Shown here: positions 60,400-64,000 of the stretch, in pieces
How positions within the stretch are numbered: the stretch's first letter is position 1
How the letters are laid out: each line of letters begins with the position of its first letter
Source: Mustelus asterias
Taxonomy: Eukaryota
NCBI RefSeq assembly: GCF_964213995.1
Contig: NC_135807.1
Location: 73,284,001-73,348,000, forward strand
Length of the DNA: 64,000 bases
Direction: 5' to 3'
Made by a program: the position numbers and the translations under genes
The notes under the pieces: model-generated
What the model saw: the letters and a program-made list of their open reading frames with translations, nothing else
Database searches by the model: none
What the model was told of the DNA's origin: nothing

Positions 60400-62250
60400 A
60401 TATCATAGAATTATCTAAGGAAGCCTCAGTCCACAGTGCTGATGCTGACTCTTTAGTATGGCTAGTCAATTAGATTCACTCTCCTGTTCTTCACCCAGAG
60501 CCTGATACTCTCTCTCAGTATTTATCCTATTCTCTTTTGAATGTTACTCTTGAATCTGCTTCCTTTATTCTTTCAGGCAATACATTCCAAACTACAACAC
60601 CACACTAGATTAAAATTATTTCCTCATGTCATCATTAGTTCTTTGGCTAATTATCTTAAATCTGTGTCCTTGGATATTAGGTCTTCTGCTTTTGGAAATG
60701 GTTTCTCCTTATTTAGTCTATCAAACCCATTTATGATTTTGAATTCCTCTAAAAAGGCGTCTCTTAACCATCTCTGCTCGAAGGTGAATATTCCCAGATA
60801 TTCCGGACTCCACACCTACACAAAATTGCAGCCTATCCCTGGTACCTTGCTAATAAATCTCTTCTTCATTCTCTCTATAACCATGACTGCCTAAAATGCG
60901 GCGCCCAGAATTATACAGAATATTCCCACTAAAGCTGAGCCATTTATAAATTTCATAAATGTTCAGCATACTTTTCCTTGCTTTTGTACATTATTCTTCT
61001 AATAGTAAAGCCAAGGATCCCGTTTGCCTTTTCAACAGCCTTCTCAACTTGTGCTGCTACCTTGGTATATACAAAAGTATTCATATATACAAAGGATTTC
61101 TGTATATACCACCCCCAGTTCTCTCTGTTCCTACATCTCCTTTAAAATTGTACCATGATGATCATGTTACCTTGCTTTATTCTCTTGCCAAAAATCCCAC
61201 ATCTTTGCCGTGTATCTGCCATTTCAGCAATATTTCTATATCTTCCTGTGACCATCCTCCTCCTTGTTTACTCCATTCCTGAGTTTCATGTTATCTACAA
61301 ACTTTGAAATGACACCTGCCTACCAAGTTCAGATCTGTAATATATATTAACAAAGCAGTGAATATATATTACCAACAGCAGTGAATATATATTACCAACA
61401 GCAGTGATATTACCAACAGCAGTGATATTACCAACAGCAGTGATATTACCAACAGCAGTGATATTATCAACAGCAGTGAATATATATTACCAACAGCAGT
61501 GAATACATATTACCAACAGCAGTGATATTATCAACAGCAGTGAATATATATTACCAACAACAGTGAATATATATTACCAACAGCAGTGAATATATATTAC
61601 CAACAGCAGTGATATTACCAACAGCAGTGAATATATATTACCAACAGCAGTGATATTACCAACAGAAATAATATTACCAACAGCAGTGATATTACCAACA
61701 GCAGTGAATATATATTACCAACAGCGGTGATATTACCAACAGCAGTGATATTACCAATAGTAGTGAATATGTATTACCAACAGCAGTGATATTACCAACA
61801 GCAGTGAATATATATTACCAACAGCGGTGATATTACCAACAGCAGTGATATTACCAATAGTAGTGAATATGTATTACCAACAGCAGTGATATTACCAACA
61901 GAAATAATATTACCAACAGCAGTGATATTACCAACAGCAGTGAATATATATTACCAACAGCAGTGATATTACCAACAGCAGTGAATATATATTACCAACA
62001 GCAGTGAATATATATTACCAACAGCAGTGATATTACCAACAGCAGTGAATATATATTACCAACAGCAGTGAATATATTTTACCAACAGCAGTGATATTAC
62101 CAATAGCAGTTACCTTAAAACTGACATTGGGGAAAACCATTCTGCACCTCCCTCCAGTCTGAAAACTGTTCCAGGCTATTCTCTGCTTTCTGCCCCTTAA
62201 CTAATTTATTATATCTGCGCTTCAACTATCCTTTTAATTCTGTAGGTTTT
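60400..62250 (-). mobile_element. Old CR1 ORF2 3' fragment hosting a minisatellite
   Basis: Degenerate match to the CR1 RT and C-terminus (gcccagaattatacagaatattcc, atctacaaactttgaaatg). Confidence 0.65.
61355..62110. repeat. Minisatellite with 18- and 23-bp units
   Basis: atattaccaacagcagtg and aatatatattaccaacagcagtg interspersed, more than 30 units. Confidence 0.97.
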
Positions 62251-62294
62251 ATTAGAATGTAATGTAAAATTTTGATTCCTATGCTTCTAATAGC

Positions 62295-62900
62295 AGCAAC
62301 AACTTGTATTTATATAGTGCCTTTAGTGTGAGGCAATTCACAGGAGCAATTATCAACCACAATTTAACACTGAGCCATGTGAGGAGATATTAGTTCAGAG
62401 GGCAAGAAAAATGGTCAGAAAGGGAGGTTTTGAACCTATGTTAAAGGAGGAGACAGCAGCAGGCAGGTATTCAGAATGGAAATTTAGTTGCTCAGAACCT
62501 AGGACGGTGAAGGCCAATGGTGAAGTGAAGAAAATCAGGAATGCCTGGGCCAGAGTTGGATGAGTGCAGAGATCTCAGAGGGGCTTAATGGAAGGAGGTT
62601 GCAGATAGGATGTAAATTGCAGCAGCAGATGAGCTGAGGCAACGACAGAGGCCTTTATGAAGATAGACATGGTGAAGGAGAAGATACGACATTGGCAGTT
62701 CAGCTCAGATTCTAACAGAAGGCCATGTTTGTGAACAGTCTGGTATTTACTCAGATAGTGGCCAGGGAGAGGAATGGCATTGGTGAGTTTTGTTGGAGAC
62801 CATAGATCGCTTTGATCTTCCCAATAGTTTATCGGAGGAAATATCTGTTCATCAAATACTAGATGTCGGAAAAAGAGAGGCAGTGGTGGGAATGAGAGGG
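62295..62900 (-). mobile_element. Old L2-like LINE 3' fragment
   Basis: aacaacttgtatttatatagtgccttt tail shared with the Deu-SINE tail; degenerate downstream sequence. Confidence 0.45.
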
Positions 62901-64000
62901 GAGGTGGTGAGGTGGAGCTGAGTGGTATCAGCATATAGCATGCTTGCAAAGAGCTGCAAAGATAATGGCAAAGGTTTTGATAATGAGAATCAAGATGGTT
63001 TCAGATGTAAACCATCAAATTAGAAAGAGGAGGCATGGAAATGAGGTCTGTTCCTATAGCTTGAACAGAATCATACGAGCCATATTCTTTAAGAAAGAAG
63101 GGAATTAATCAGTTGGATGAAAAAGATTAATCTGTGTGGAACTAAAATAGAACATCATCCAACTACGTGCTGCGATTCCTTTGTGTTAAATTTACCCCAG
63201 TTATGCCGAGGGATAAATTCAGCATCAACAGAGCTAATGCGTATGCTCAAGATTTATATGTTTGCAGTAATTAGAAAATCAATTTGGTGGCTTTATCTCC
63301 CTTCTGGGACCTATCCAGACAAAGGTCAGTCCAGACCATCAATGTGAAAAGTTCAGTTGTCATTGTGGGGAAGATGACAGCCGTGAGAGACGGCAACGGA
63401 AGGACAGTCAGCATTCTGCCAGAGGTCTAGTTTTGACAACAGCGCCACTGTGCTATTTATCTTGTAGACATGGCTGGGAAATCTCAGAAGTAAATAAGCA
63501 ACGCTGCCGCCTACCCTGGGGAGTAACATCCTGAATTCCTAGGGTTCTCCTGACGATGGACAGAGTATGATGTAAATTGCAACAGGAAAATATTACAGGA
63601 GTAAATGTTACACAAGTGCTCACAGATGTGATGGTTAACATGTTAGAGATGAAGTTTAACCCTTTAGTATAATTGCACAGCATTACCCAGTACAGTTCCC
63701 CAGTCATATGCCTACAGTACCTTCCATTTTGCTAAGACTGGATTACTGTTTGTCCCCAGTCCCTCAGTTACTCCATGTCAGCCACTGTACCACTCTGGTC
63801 TTGGCTGTTTATAATTTTATCCTAGAACAATTGCAATTTGTCCCCTTTTTCCCTTTAAAATCTTTCTGAAATCTATAATTCAACTGTACCTACAATCCCA
63901 CGTTCTTTCATTCCTGAGGCCTCTGCTCTGTGTTCCCATCTCCAGAATTTTTCTCTAAAAGATTAAGTAGTTTATTAGTTAATTATAACATACTAATGTT

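Noticed and set aside
61355-62110. CRISPR-like array
   Set aside because: No unique spacers and no cas genes; head-to-tail minisatellite in a vertebrate context.

Overview
Eukaryotic, CpG-depleted, very repeat-rich vertebrate DNA. The repeat complement (HE1-type V-SINEs with CR1/HER1-like tails, Deu-domain SINEs, abundant CR1 LINEs) points to a cartilaginous fish, most likely a shark (inference from repeat families). I recognise no host protein-coding gene, so the window looks intronic or intergenic. It is a stack of nested retroelements: several CR1 LINEs (one with an intact ORF2 and a 5'-truncated SGNH-esterase ORF1), a single-ORF APE-RT LINE with related SINEs, two decayed Gypsy elements, three solo LTRs with TSDs, RTE and L2 fragments, Penelope-like remnants carrying minimal hammerhead ribozyme motifs, Harbinger-type MITEs and a Myb/SANT remnant, minisatellites, and exact tandem duplications. 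Strongest leads: (1) a conserved U_UUA_AAC-stop slippery site at the CR1 ORF1/ORF2 junction, suggesting -1 ribosomal frameshifting; (2) hairpin-forming, hammerhead-bearing mini-insertions with 12-14 bp TSDs, including a U3-A8 compensatory core variant; (3) SINEs that look like internal-deletion derivatives of a LINE; (4) a tail-swapped SINE. Family names come from motif recognition, not database searches. Boundaries of old fragments are approximate.
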